Counted from the first letter of the stretch, positions 38,695-53,270 are shown. The stretch is 64,000 nucleotides of DNA from Octopus vulgaris (GCA_951406725.2 OX597839.1:38378001-38442000), one strand, 5' to 3'. Program-made: numbers and translations. Notes: generated from the sequence alone by a model not told the origin.

Positions 38695-39879
38695 AGGCTT
38701 GTTTTTATCAAAGCTAAACAAGTCAAGCAGGCCAACCAGGCAATGGATGACATCATCAAGATCGTCTGCAGCAGAGTTTTCCATATTGTTCTACCCAACA
38801 AAGACAATTTTTAGCTTAGGATTTTGATAGACCAGTAACACCATGACATCTGTCAGCCAGAAATGATTTTATAGAATTACTGTGTGGCCAATATTCTCAG
38901 TGCAGACAATCAATACTGCTGCAGCAGGTCTCAATATTTGCTGCAGAAGACTCCATTTTGAATTTTATATAAATACATAGTTACATACGTATATACATAG
39001 ACACATACACACATACATATATATATATATAAGTTCAGCAAAAATTTAGATTCAAATGAATATGGTACTTAATTTAGATGCACCAGAATCTTGTATGGTG
39101 TTATCCATAAAAATCCGTGGGGTGATTATAATCAGAATAAGCAACAAGTCATTCTTGTTGCTTATTCTGAGTATATATATATATATATATATATATACAT
39201 ACATATATACATGCATATGCATGTACATATGTACATACATACATACATACATGCACTTATATATGCATATATACATACATACATATGCATACATGCATAT
39301 ATATATATGCATACAAACGTTCCTACAAATATATAAACACTTATGTGTGTATGTGTGTGTGTGTGAGTATGTGTGTATATATGTGTGTATGTATATATAT
39401 ATACATAAATATATACACACACACACACGTACACATGTGTGTATAAATTCATGAATGTATGTATGTATGTATGTATATATGTATGCATGTGTGTGTATTT
39501 ATATTTATCTATGTATAGATAGATTGATAGAAATATATACACGTGTATATATATATATATATATATCCACACCCATACATAAAAAGTATCTCTGTTTAAT
39601 TGTAGCATTTCTCTCATAGGAACACTTAGATAGTTGCTAAATTTGGCTGCGTATACATTACACTCTAGATCTGTCCTTTTATATACATACATACATACAT
39701 ACGTACATACATACATACATACATACATACATACATCAGCATCAGCATCAGCATCAGCATCATCATCATTTAACATCCGCTTTCCACGCTGTCAAGGGCT
39801 ATATATACATATAAAGAAATATGAACGTGCGTGCGTGTATGTGTGTGTGTGTCTGAATGTCTGTGAATTTTATATGAAC

Positions 39880-40250
39880 ACTACATGGGAATGTGGTATT
39901 ACAGGAATCCTACATGGTTCCCACATGAAAATGCATTGCTGCGTGATTCCTGTTATGGACCTTAAATGAAAGTGTGTTAATGTAGGAACCCTACGGGGTC
40001 CCTACATGGAAGTGTAGCATTACAAGAACCTCACATGATTTCCAACATGAAAGCGATTCCTCCATGGACCTTACATGAAAAAAATACCAATATAGAAATC
40101 CTACATGGGCCATACAATGAAGTGTTGCATGAAAATGCAGCAATGTGTGATATCTACATGGTCCCTACATGAAAGCATGTTAAGGTAGGAATTGCACATG
40201 AGACCTACATGCAGGAAGCACATCACAGGATTCCCACATGTTTCCTAAAC
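39880..40250 (+). repeat. Degenerate tandem repeat with recurring CCTACATG(G/AAA) core
   Basis: Roughly a dozen imperfect recurrences of the core. Confidence 0.6.
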
Positions 40251-40687
40251 GAAGGCATAGTACAATGGCAAATGGAGGAAGGACACAAAAGATTGGCAGA
40301 ATCATTAGAGAATGAGAAGAAATAAATTGCATTACTTAATTACAAGGCAGCGAGCTGGCGGAACGGTTAGCACGCCGGGTGAAATGCTTAGTAGCATTTC
40401 GTCTGTCTTTATGTTCTGAGTTCAAATTCTGCCAAGGTCGATCTTGCCTTTCATCCTTTCAGGGGTCGATAAACTAAGTACCATTTGCATATTAGGGTCG
40501 GTCTAATCGACTGACCGCCTCTCCCAAACTTTCGGGCCTCGTGCCTAGAGTAGAAAAGATTATTTAATTACAACATCAAGCTGGCTGAGTCGTTAGAGCA
40601 CTGAACAAAATGCCTCTTGGTATTTCTGTCAACCCATTATGCTCTGAGTTCAAATTATGACACGGTCAACTTTGCCCTTCATCCACT

Positions 40688-41433
40688 TGGGGTCAATAAA
40701 ATAAGTACCAGTTAGACACTGGGCGAGTGAGGGAGGTCAATGCAATCAACTGATTCTGCTCCCTTTAAAATTGCTGGTCTTGTGGTAAAATCACAAAGAA
40801 TTATTTAATTACAAATTTTTATATTTTCAGGTTCAAATCTCATCAAAGTCATCTCTACATTTCATCCTCCCAGGGGCTGATAAACTTGAATACCAGTCAC
40901 AAACTGGGGCTGGTGTTATAAGCTGTAACCCTAACTCTTCATCCACTTGGGGGTCAATGAAATTATTTCTTTACTACCCACAAGGGGCTAAGCACAGAGG
41001 GGACAAACAAGTGCAGACAAACGGATTAAGTCGATTATATTGACCCCAGTGCGTAACTGGTACTTAATTTATCGAACCCAAAAGAATGAAAGGCAAAGTG
41101 GACCTCGGCAGAATTTGAACTCAGAACATAACGGCAGACGAAATACGGCTACGCATTCTGCCCGGCATGCTAACGTTTCTGCCAGCTCGCCGCCTTTGGG
41201 GTCAATAAAATAAGTACCAGTTGGGCACTGGGGGTGGGATCAATGCAATCAACTGACTCTGCTCCCCCTTAAAATTGCTGGTCTTGTGGTAAAATCACAA
41301 AGAATTATTTAATTACAATTTTTTATATTCTCAGGTTCAAATCTCATCAAAGTCATCTCTACATTTCATCCACCCAGGGGCTGATAAACTTAAATACCAG
41401 TCACAAACTGGGGTTGGTGTTATAAGCTGTAAC
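40688..41433 (+). repeat. ~245-bp tandem duplication with a family-B SINE between the copies
   Basis: 40688-40930 matches 41196-41433. Confidence 0.8.
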
Positions 41434-41659
41434 CACCACCCAGTAAATCTAGAGCTTTGTGCTTTCGCTAGAAATCAATACAACTAACAAAACATATTAG
41501 CCGGGTGACAAAAAGAAAAAATATAGAAATCAATAAATGAGTTTTGGTAATGAAAATAGAGAAAAAAGAATGATTGATTTTGGTTGTGAGTTTAATGGAA
41601 CAAACGAGAGTTTGGCGTGGAGGGGTGAAGATGTGTCTGCATACAAATATGCATGGATC

Positions 41660-41706
<47 letters not shown>

Positions 41707-41714
41707 ATGTATGA

Positions 41715-42320
41715 TCATCATCATCATCATCATCATCATTTTACACTTGTTTTCCATGCTGGCATGGGTTGGACGGTTTGATAGGAACTGGTTAGCTAGA
41801 GAGCTGCACCAGGTTCCATAATCTGATTTGGCATGGTTTCCTATGGCTGTATGCCCTTCCTAATGCCAACCACTCCACAGAATGTGCTGGGTGTCTTTTA
41901 ACTGTCACCAGTACAGGTGTCATTCACATGTCACCGGCACAGGTGTCGTTCACATGTCACTGGCACAGGTGTCATTCACATGTCACCAGCACAGGTGTCA
42001 TTCACATGTCACCGACACCAGCCCGTTACCTTGATATGTCTTCTCAAGCATAACAAATCACCAAAAGTCTCAATCATTTGTCATCAACCCCATAAGACAC
42101 AACATCCGAAGATCATATTTCACTACCTAGTCCCACATTTCCCTGGGGTCTACCTTTTCCATCTACCTCTTCCACAGGGTCCCTCCACAGTTAGAGATCA
42201 GCACTTCTTTACACACCTGTCCACGTCCATACACATCGCATGGCTCACACCAGCACAGTCTTCTCTCTTGCACACTGGGGCCTATTAAGCCCAATTTTTC
42301 TCTTAACCCTTTATCATTTA
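41715..42320 (-). mobile_element. RTE-type LINE 3' fragment with (GAT)n tail and internal 26-bp tandem repeat
   Basis: Remnant LREKLGL...VQERRL.W...DRCVKKC..LTVEG.CGRGR; CAGGTGTCATTCACATGTCACCGGCA x4 at 41914-42013. Confidence 0.7.
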
Positions 42321-42899
42321 AACTGACCATATTCAGCCAAAAGTATTCTGCCTGTTTTATGTTCAAACTGGCCAGATCTGGTCTCTCTCACCTACCCTAC
42401 AATTCGTCTTAAAAATTAATAGCTACCTGGTCCATTTCAGAATTACTCATCTTTGCCAGCAATGTGAAATGAAGTGTTTTGCTCAAGAACACAACGCGTC
42501 ACCCGGTCCAGGAATTGAAACCACAACCTTACAATCTGGAATCCAATAGCCTAACCACTAAGCCATGCACCTCCACAGGGTGGATGTAAGGATGTGGATA
42601 TATATATTTGTAAATATATATATACATGTTTTGTATGGGTGAGTATACCTTAGTGTCTCTTTGGTGTGTCACCGTGTGAAAGCTGTAAACAAGTGTCACT
42701 TACATACAAGCAGTGTTCGTAATTTCCATTCTTCTGAGTAAACATGTCTACCTTGGAGTAATATTACTTTACTTAAAAAAAAGACAGGTCAGGGTTGGGG
42801 ACAGAAAAGGCATCTTGCTGTATAAAATCTATCTGAACAAACTTCACCTGGATAATGCTCACATGGAAAGGTGAACATTAAATTGTATATACATGTATA

Positions 42900-43085
42900 G
42901 GCACAGTGTGGCTATGTGGGAAGTAGCTTGCTTACCAATTACATGGTTCTGGGTTCAGTCCAACTGTGTGGCACCTTGGGCAAGTGTCTTCTACTATAGC
43001 CTCGGGCCGACCGAAGCCTTGTGAGTAGATTTCATAGACGGAAACTGAAAGAGGCCAGTCATATATATGTATATATGTGTGTGTG

Positions 43086-43124
<39 letters not shown>

Positions 43125-43300
43125 TTGTGTGTGTGTGTGTGTGTTTGTGTATCTGTGTATGTCACCTCGACCATCGCTTGACAACCAATGTTGATGTGCG
43201 AACATCCCCATCACTTAGTGGTTCAGCAAAAGACACCAATAGAATAAGTACTAGGCTTACAAAGAATAAGTCCTGGGGTTGACTTGTTTGACTAAAGGTG
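42900..43300 (+). mobile_element. tRNA-derived SINE family A
   Basis: A/B boxes and body. Confidence 0.8.
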
Positions 43301-43509
43301 GTACATGCTACCGGTACAGGAGCCAGTCGGGGCAGGGAGGCTAGCATCAACTATGTTCGGATGGTATTATTTACATGCCTCCGACATGGGGATCCGGTCA
43401 GGCAGCACTGGCAACGACCCATGCATGCCTGGTGCTTATTGTGTGCCTCCAGCATGGGAGCCAGTTAGGTGGCATTTATATATATGTATATATATATAGA
43501 GAGAGAGAG

Positions 43510-43625
43510 AGTAAAGATTATTTGCCAACATAATGTGACAGTCCTGGCTGGGAGGAATGTTACTGTTATTTAACCCCGGGAAACATCGTCTCCAGCTGGT
43601 TATATGTTGGCAAATAATCTTTACT
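43510..43625. repeat. 116-bp fold-back with a perfect 23-bp inverted repeat
   Basis: AGTAAAGATTATTTGCCAACATA (43510-43532) / TATGTTGGCAAATAATCTTTACT (43603-43625). Confidence 0.9.
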
Positions 43626-43859
43626 TTAGAGTACTATTACTGAATGTCTCTCATTGAGAGATTTAGAAATAATAATGTTTCTACATATTTGTATGTGTGT
43701 GTATGTGTGCGTGTGTGTGTGTATGTATGCACATATGTATATGTGCATATGTATATGTATATGTATATGTGCATATATATACATATATATATGTATAAAT
43801 TTATATATAAGCATATAAGCATATATGTATGTATATATATATATATATATATATAACTA

Positions 43860-43948
43860 TATACTTTATTTAAAGCAGCAGAAAATTCAACAAAACCTGT
43901 TACTCTGAGTTTCCCGTTGCCGTTCGTCGGACAGTTTTTGCTATATAA

Positions 43949-43950
<2 letters not shown>
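43860..43950 (-). mobile_element. Penelope-like terminal fragment with a hammerhead-like motif (43897-43934)
   Basis: CTGT-CCGACGA-ACG-GCAA-CGG-GAAA-CTCAGAGTA-ACAG followed by ...CTGCTTTAAATAAAG; sits in a TA tract. Confidence 0.6.
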
Positions 43951-43991
<41 letters not shown>

Positions 43992-44094
43992 GTGTGTACA
44001 TGAGTGTGTGTGTGTGTGTATGTATGCACATATGTATATGTGCATATATATGCATATATATATATGTATAAATGTATATATAAGCATATAAGCA

Positions 44095-44155
<61 letters not shown>

Positions 44156-44642
44156 GTATATATATAGAAGTGTGTACATGAGTGTGTGAGTGTGTGTGTG
44201 TGTGTAGTAAGAGAGAGAAAAGAATTTTCTTTCTTAACTAAGAAAAAGTTTTAATTATTTTTTTATTTCCCCACATTTAATTACATGTGACTCTCTCTCT
44301 CTCTCTCACTCCATCCCTCTCCCTCTCTCCTCTTCCTCTCTCCCCATCTCCTTTTCTTTCTCTATCTCATGCACTCAGACTTATTTGCATACTTGTCATC
44401 ATCATCATCATCATCATCATTAATAGCAGTAATGGCTTACTGATATACCCACGATGTGGTTGTTTCCCACCCTTACTCATATCAAAAACAGTTTTTATAG
44501 CTTTCAGTGGATTTCAAAAAAGAGTTTTTCTCTCATATCCCCCAAACACACATTTAACTATGTATTTCTGCATGCAAGTGCATGTGTGTCTATATGTATA
44601 CATGTGTCTGTATGTATATGTGTGTGTATATGTGTACGTGTA

Positions 44643-44692
<50 letters not shown>

Positions 44693-44919
44693 TATATTTC
44701 TTTACTACCCACAAGGGGCTAAACACAGAGGGGACAAACAAGGACAGACAAAGGGATTAAGTCGATTACATCGACCCCAGTGCGTAACTGGTACTTAATT
44801 TATCGACCCCGAAAAGATGAAAGGCAAAGTCGACCTCGGCGGAATTTGAACCCAGAACGTAACGACAGACGAAATACGGCTACGCATTTCGCCCGGCGTG
44901 CTATATATATATATATATA

Positions 44920-45137
44920 CCGGAGTAAACACATAAATGTGAAACAAGGTGGAAAAAAGAGTACTCAAATACCAGGGGTAGAGTAATATGCTTTATTTAA
45001 AAGCAGCAGAAAATTCAACAAAACCTGTTACTCTGAGTTTCACATTCCCGTTCGTCTAGCAAAAACTCTCCAACGAACGGGAACGTGAAACTCAGAGTAA
45101 CAGGTTTTGTTGAATTTTCTGCTGCTTTTAAATAAAG

Positions 45138-45140
<3 letters not shown>
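44920..45140. mobile_element. Inverted pair of Penelope-like terminal fragments with hammerhead-like motifs
   Basis: 44990-45056 is the reverse complement of 45072-45138; same family as 43860 and 51775. Confidence 0.65.
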
Positions 45141-45199
<59 letters not shown>

Positions 45200-45247
45200 T
45201 ATATATTTATATATATATTTATATATATATGTATACATATATATACA

Positions 45248-45696
45248 GGTGCAGGAGTGGCTGTGTGGCAAGTAGCTTGCTTACCAACCACAAGGTCCTG
45301 GGTTGAGTCCCACTGCATGGGACCTTGGTCAAGTATCTTCTACTATAGCCTCAACCCAACCAAAGCCTTGTGAGTGGATTTGGTAGACGGAAAACTGAAA
45401 GAAGCCCCGCATATATATATATAATGTATGTATGTATGTATGTTTGTGTGTATGTATGTATGTATGCCTGTATGTATGTATGTATGTATGCATGCATTTG
45501 TGTGTCTGTGTTTGTCCCCGCAAAATTGTTTGACAACCGATGTTGGTGTGTTTATGTCCCCATAACTTAGCGGTTCAGCGATAGAATAAGTACTAGGCTT
45601 AAAAAGAATAAGTCCTGGGGTCAATTTGTTCAACTAAAGGCAGTGCTCCAGCATGGCCACAGTCAAATGACTGAAACCAATAAAAGAATAAAAGAA
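45248..45696 (+). mobile_element. tRNA-derived SINE family A
   Basis: A/B boxes, body, tail. Confidence 0.85.
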
Positions 45697-45991
45697 TATA
45701 TATATATATGAATATATAGTGAAATCAGTTTGCCAGAAACTGTTCCTGTTTCTATGAGACAAACTTTATGCTTTAAAGTGCTCCAATTTAAGACTTATCA
45801 AAATGTCATATTGATTTATGCTCCTAACACTCTAGTTTAATATTGACAAAGTTATTCTACTAAATTCATCGTTATTTCCAATATTAATTGAAACAAAAGG
45901 CAGTGTGTTTCAGCACAAAGTGCTAAATTGATCGGAACTGAAACTTTCCATCTAAATTTCCTGTTAATTTATGTTCCAGACACCAGCTTAA

Positions 45992-47025
45992 CCCTTTTGT
46001 TACTGCTGTATTTATTTTGAGATGCTCTGTGTTTCTTTCAATTAATCTTTATATATAAAAGTGAAGTTGTGTGTCTGTCTCCTACGATTTAGATTCCTAA
46101 CTACTCCCACATTTTGCGGTGCAGTTTAAATAAAAGCGGGTATCTTATAGTCGTGATTCATATTGAGCCCTTCTGGGTATTAGCGCGCGTCTACAATGAG
46201 TCTATGATTTAAAAAAAATTTACCATCATTTTTACCATCATTTTTTCCCATTTTTAATGCATTTTTTTTGCTATTATATAAGGGAAGTAACTCTCTAAAA
46301 ATGCTTATATAGTTATTTCCCTTACAAACCTGAGCAACGCCGGGCGATACTGCTAGTTTTAAATATAAAAAGAATTTAGTAAAATAACTTAGTTATCGTT
46401 AAGCTGGTGTTAGGAACATAAATTGCGACTAAGGTTTGGTAGGGGATTTTAATTCAGAGCTTTTGTAAGCAAGACATTTGTACTACAGAGCCAGAGGCGG
46501 TTTCATGTAGGTTGGTATCAAAAGGGTTAAGAATTGTTTCTCTATTATATATTTTAACCTTTTCATTACTGTATTTATTTTGAAATCCTCTATGTTTCTT
46601 TCAATTAATTTTAAATATAGCAAAAAATTTAGTAAAATAACTTTGTTATCATTAAGCTAGTGTTAGGAATATAAATTGTGACTAAGGTTTGGTGGAAGAT
46701 TTTAATTCAAAACTTATGAAAACAAGACATTCATACTTCAGAGGTGGTTTCAGGTGGGTTGGTATCAAAAGGATTAAGAATTGTTTCTCTATTATATATT
46801 TTAACCCTTTTGTTATCATATTTCTATTGAGGTGGTCTATGTTTCTTTCAATTAATTTTAAATATAAAAAGAATTTAGTAAAATAACTTAGTTATCATTC
46901 AGCTAGTTTTAGGAACATAAATTGCAACTAAGGTTTGGTGGAAGATTTTAATTCAAAACTTATGAAAACAAGACATTTGTACTATAAAGCCATAGCTGGT
47001 TTCAGTCAGGTTGGTATCAAAAGGG
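45992..47025. mobile_element. Three tandem piggyBac-type MITEs (45992-46526, 46558-46773, 46805-47025)
   Basis: Each is TTAA|CC(C)TTTT...AAAAGG(G/A)|TTAA, with an identical spacer GAATTGTTTCTCTATTATATATT between copies. Confidence 0.85.
46046..46356 (+). mobile_element. Non-autonomous Helitron, complete
   Basis: A|TC...hairpin...CTAG|T; the sister MITE copies show the empty site CAATTAA^TTTTAAATAT. Confidence 0.92.
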
Positions 47026-47578
47026 TTAATAAATGACAGTTATTTCCCTAAATTCTTCATTCTTTTCAAAATTAATTGAAATAAGGGAATATTTATTTTG
47101 TTTACTTATTTATTTTTGTCGTTGTGTCTTTGTATATGAGAAAACGCATGGCTTAGTGGTTAGAGTGTTGTGCTCATGATTGTAAAATTGGGGTTTCAAT
47201 TGTTGGGCTAGGACGTACATTATGTCCTTAAGCAAAACACTTCATTTCACTTTGCTCCAATGCACTCAGCTGCAAATGAGTTCCAGTGTTGTGTGGACAC
47301 CCCCAGATGATAAAGTAGGCTAGCCCAATACGTAGATATAGAGGGAGAAGTCTAGACATCAACAGAGTAGAGTGGAATCGAGAGTTCAGTAGAAGGTATC
47401 TGAACGTGTGACATAACATCCAGCAACAGAAATAAGGTAACAAAATAATTAAAGAGATCTAAATTAAAACCTTCTATCAAAATTTCATGCTAATTAATAT
47501 TCCAAATATCATATCAATAATAGCTAAGATATTTTACAAGATAATTCGTTATTTTTGTCAGCAATATACATATATATA

Positions 47579-47990
47579 GGCGCAGGAGTGGCTGTGTGGT
47601 AAGTAGCTTGTTTACCAACCACATGGTTCCGGGTTCAGTCCCACTGCGTGGCACTTAGGGCAAGTGTCTTCTGCTATATCCTCGGGCCGACCAAAGCCTT
47701 GTGAGTGGATTTGGTAGACGGAAACTGAAAGAAGCCTGTCGTATATATGTATATATATATGTGTGTGTGTGTTTGTGTGTCTGTGTTTGTCCCCCTAGCA
47801 TTGCTTGACAACCGATGCTGGCGTGTTTATGTCCCTGTTACTTAGTGGTTCAGCAAAAGAGACCGATAGAATAAGTACTGGGCTTACAAAAGAATAAGTC
47901 CTGGGGTCGGGTTGCTCGATTAAAGGCGGTGCTCCAGCATGGCCACAGTCAAATGACTGAAACAAGTAAAAGAGTAAAAGAGAGTAAAGA
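47579..47990 (+). mobile_element. tRNA-derived SINE family A, full length
   Basis: GGCGCAGGAGTGGCTGTGTGG head through AGTAAAAG tail. Confidence 0.9.
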
Positions 47991-48810
47991 TATATGTATA
48001 TTGCTGATGGGGGTGTACTTCTGTCATTTGACACTGTGTATATATTTTAGGTCCCTAACACCTGTTGAATCTTCACAAACCTCAAATGGGGTCCACAATG
48101 AAGAAATACCAATCACACATCTGTGATGCTACTGCTGCTGTGCATACTAAGATATATATAACCTATATAGGTACCGATAGAAATGGGGTGAATTTAGCTG
48201 TCTTGCTGTTGTCTGAAAAGAATTGACCCCAGGACTTATTCTTTGTAAGCCTGGCACTTATTCTGCTGATTCCTTTTGCCGAACTAAGTTATGGGGACAT
48301 AAGCATACCAAAATCGTTTGTCAAGCAATGGTGGGGAACAAACACTGACACAAACACATACATACATAAATATACATGTACATATACCTATATACAGATA
48401 CACACACACATATATACATACGTACATACATATACACACACACATATACATAGGGTAAATGTGTTTGAAAGTTGTAGTTTCTTTGGTAATGTTTGTTCCC
48501 AAACAACACTTATTTTAGTGCTGTTGACACCACTGGATTGAATGGTATCGCCCAGGTGTCAAAACCATAATGATATTTGTGGGGCAGCTGATGATGGACA
48601 TATGCTGGATTGTTGGTATAGCTGTTTTTGTATACATGGAATAGTATTATAACATCCTTTTGATGTATATATATTTATATATATATATATCATCATCATC
48701 GTTTATATATATATATTTTTTTTTTTCTTTTCTAGTTTCAGCTCAGAGCTGCGGCCATGCTGATGCACCGCCGTTATTATAAATATATTATATATATTAC
48801 ATATATATAT

Positions 48811-48901
<91 letters not shown>

Positions 48902-49570
48902 GTATATGTATATATATAATATATATATATAAAGTACAATATGGGACATGAACACAAAACATCCAGACAGTTAGGTGATACAAAAAGAGGCAGCAAAACA
49001 TCCAGATAGACAATACAAAGAAAATAAGGACGAGTCATTTGAAGTTTTCTTTCCTCAGTCGAATTCCAGATTATTTTTGCAATTTCAGCTGGTGATACTC
49101 GAGATTGCTCCAATCTGGCCAGCCCCAAGGAAAAACTAATCTAAGCGCATTAGATTCCTTGGAAGAAAGCAGCGAATGTATACGAAAACAAGGATGGAAA
49201 AAAAAAACGGGCAGCGTATTAATTTGTCGGTCCCCCCACAAAACACCCACCCACCATGCTACTCACCTGTCACCCACCATACACTTATGCGACTGACCCA
49301 AAAATACTGCCTGGGAGAAGGGGAGACTGGCCCTCAAATTTTCCACCTGCCTTTCCCCCCTATGAAGGCTTATAGAGCAGACCACCAAAAGTTCCACTGA
49401 TTCCGGACTACCCTAGGAGGAAGAGGAGCAGGGAGAGGAAGGCATTAAAGGAGTGACCTGTGACTATGGAATACTCAGCTATTTACGCCATAAGAATTTT
49501 AACAAGTAGGTAGATCAGCTGATTGAATAACTGGAACGATCATTACCAGAACTAACAGAAGATAAGTCAT

Positions 49571-49601
<31 letters not shown>

Positions 49602-50785
49602 TATAATGAAGGTCTATGTGTAGTATGGTGTGTGTATGTGTGTGTATGGGTGCATGTGTGTGTTTGTGTGGGTGTGTGTAGTCAATATCTATGTGCATGT
49701 TTGTATGTGTGAGGTGCGTGTAATGTGTGTGTAGTGAAAGTCTAATGGTAGTGTGTGTGTGTGTAGTGTGCAGTCAATGTCTATGTTTGTGTCTGTGTGT
49801 GTGTATATGTGTGTTTGTGTGTGTGTATGTATGTGTGTGTGTGTAGTGTGCAGTCAGTGTCTATGTTTGTGTCTGTGTGTGTATATCAGGTTTTGTATGT
49901 GTGTATGTGTTTTGTGAGTGTATATGTGTGTGTATGTGTTTTTGTGAATGTGTTTTTGTGTGTGTGTATGTGTGTTTTTGTGTGTGTGTGCATGTGTGCA
50001 TATGTGTGTATGTATGTTTGTCCGTGTTCTTTGTGCGTGTGTGCATGTGTCTATGTCTGTGTGTGTATGCTTGTGTGTGCAGTATGTAATCAATGTGTGT
50101 GTATGTGTTTGTGTGTGTGTGTATGTGTGTGTGTGTGTATGTGTTGTATGTGTGTATGTATGCTTGTGTGTGCGTGTGTGTGTGTGTGAGTGTCAGTTAC
50201 TGCAGTTTGGCAACAGTCAACAATTATGCAGATTGTCTTAGTGGTGTTGGTGGTGGTGCTGGTGGTGGTGATGATGTTTGTTGCAGTATCGGTGTGTTGT
50301 GGAATGGTATGGTGGTTGTGAAGTCAGTGCTGCAAATGGGTAGTAGCTGTAGTGGTTATTTTGTTGTTGCCAGCGTTGAGATGTGGTGATGGTGATGGTG
50401 ATGGTGGTAGTGCTGCTGATGTCGGCGGTGGATGTGCCAGTGGTGGTGGTGGTGGTGGTGGTGGTGGTGGTGGTGGTGGTATTAGGGATGTTGGTTGCAG
50501 TGTTGGCAGTGGTTCTGGCGTTAGTATTAGAGGTGGTGTGGTGTGTTAGTTGTAACGCTAGTGTTGGGTGTAGGTGATGACAGTTATGTTCATGGTGTTC
50601 ATGTTATAGACAGTATGATGTGGAGGTGGTAGTATTGGTGGTGGTGGTGGTGGTGGGTGGTGGTGGTGGTGGTGGTGGTGGTGTGGTGGTGGTGGTGGTG
50701 GTGGTGGTCTTGTGGTAGTGGTGGTGGTGGTGGTCTTGTGGTAGTGGTGGTGGTGGTGGTGGTGGTGGTGGTGGTGGTGGTTTAG

Positions 50786-50826
<41 letters not shown>

Positions 50827-51207
50827 GGTAGAATTAATTAATAAAAAAGGGTAATAATGACAATATAATGCTTTCCCCCAAGAATTTGAACTATATATAT
50901 ATATATATCGGAGACCCCCTTCAGTTACAAATGACCATAGGATTGCACCCAGAAAGTTACCCTCCGAGGCACAAGTCCGGGCAAGGTTGTTTATGGAAGA
51001 CCAGCAGTCACCCATGCATACTAGCCTCATTTCTCCACGCCACCGATGTTACCTGTGACGTAGCAACTCATTTCTACAGCTGAGTGAACTGGAACAGTGT
51101 GAAATAAAGTGTCTTGCTCAAGAACATAACACGTAGCCCAGTCCGGGATTCAAGCTCACACCCTCATGGTCATAAGATCGACGCTCGAACCACTGAGCTA
51201 TGCACCT

Positions 51208-51320
<113 letters not shown>

Positions 51321-51484
51321 GTATGTATGTGTATATATATATATATCATGCTAGCAGTCCAACCCATGCTAGCATGGAAAACGGACGCTAAATGATGATG
51401 ATGATGATGATGATGATGATATATATATATATATATGTATTATATATATATATATATATATGTATGTATATATATATATGTATG

Positions 51485-51526
<42 letters not shown>

Positions 51527-51569
51527 ATATATATATATATATGTATGTATATATATATATATATGTATG

Positions 51570-51646
<77 letters not shown>

Positions 51647-51786
51647 CACCGTGATTGACCAGGCTATCAGATGTTGCTACACATCGCTGGTCACAATGCA
51701 CTTCACATTGTTTTAGCCTTCAAATGACACCACACCGCAGGCTAAGCGAGTAGGCCAATATATATATATATATATTCTAGCAAAAA

Positions 51787-51824
51787 CTGTCTGATGAACG
51801 GCAACGAGAAACTCAGAGTAACAG
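51787..51824 (+). ncRNA. Minimal type I hammerhead motif in a Penelope-like fragment (51775-51860)
   Basis: CTGT-CTGATGA-ACG-GCAA-CGA-GAAA-CTCAGAGTA-ACAG: intact core, stem I CTGT/ACAG, palindromic stem III ACTC-A-GAGT; stem II closing pair is mismatched in this copy. Confidence 0.65.
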
Positions 51825-51856
51825 ATTTTGTTGAATTTTCTGCTGCTTAAAATAAA

Positions 51857-51909
<53 letters not shown>

Positions 51910-51939
51910 TATATACACACACACATATATATACATGAT

Positions 51940-52530
51940 TAAGACAGTAAGGTACATTTGAAGAAGCTGCATCTTCTTTCAGGTCTAGCTGCCATGCAGA
52001 GGATTCTATCCTTGCCTCATATACACACATATACATATATACATACATAACACAGCAGGGTGTATTTCTTGTTGATTTGGCTGCTATTTCTACCAGATCT
52101 ATACAGAAGCCTCATCAAATCTATGTAAAGTTTCTACCATAAAGAAGTCTTATAGAATTATTTATACGCAGATAAAACAGTAGGGTGTGACTCGAAAGAG
52201 ATTTGGGTGCTATTTCTAACAATTTCTACCATGTAGAGGTCTCCCTTGTTGGTTCATACATATATTCTACATAAGAAAGTAGGGTGGGATTTGAGGAAGA
52301 TTTAGCTGGTATTTCTATGTTGCTTAGCTATCATATAGAGGTCACCCTCACAGGCTCATACATACATATATACATAAGATTGTAGGTGGAGATGTGATGA
52401 AGATTTAGCTGCTATCTTTACCAGGTCTAGCTTAAGAAATCCTTTTGGCTCTTTCATATATATTTACAAACCTGAAGATAGCAGGATCTGATTTAAGAGG
52501 AATTTGTCTGCTATATTTTTCAGTACCTGA
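51940..52530 (+). repeat. Degenerate ~100-bp tandem array (about 6 units)
   Basis: Recurring AAGA.AGTAGG.TG.GATTTGA...AGATTT.GCTGCTATTTCT. Confidence 0.6.
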
Positions 52531-52555
52531 GACCCGTGCGGCCTCCTTTCTTGGC

Positions 52556-52625
<70 letters not shown>

Positions 52626-52647
52626 ATCTATATACCTTTCTATCTTC

Positions 52648-52685
<38 letters not shown>

Positions 52686-52698
52686 ATCTATATACCTT

Positions 52699-52734
<36 letters not shown>

Positions 52735-52743
52735 GTCTATCAG

Positions 52744-52796
<53 letters not shown>

Positions 52797-53163
52797 ATAT
52801 CTATTTGTCTATCTATCCATCATATTTATTCGTATGTAAGTCAACTATTTTATTCTCAATTTCTAAATGCAAAAACTGGGGTGTGACTTATACAAGAGTG
52901 AGTATGGTAAATATATATATATACATACATACATACAAACACACACACAAAAATACTACATACATACATACATACATACATACATACATACATACATACA
53001 TACGTACATACATATGTACATATATACATATTTCTCATATTGTACTTTTGTATATATATGTACATGCATATGTATGTATGCATATATATATCTGTATATG
53101 TATATGTATCTGTCTCTCTGTCTCACTCTCTCCATCTCTCTCTCTCTTTCTATTTATCTCTCC

Positions 53164-53201
<38 letters not shown>

Positions 53202-53223
53202 CTATCTATATATATATATATAT

Positions 53224-53270
<47 letters not shown>

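Noticed and set aside
41914-42013. Regularly spaced 26-bp repeats resembling a CRISPR array
   Set aside because: Head-to-tail with no unique spacers, inside a eukaryotic LINE 3'UTR.
47579-47650. tRNA gene
   Set aside because: A/B boxes belong to a SINE head; no complete cloverleaf and it continues into the SINE body.
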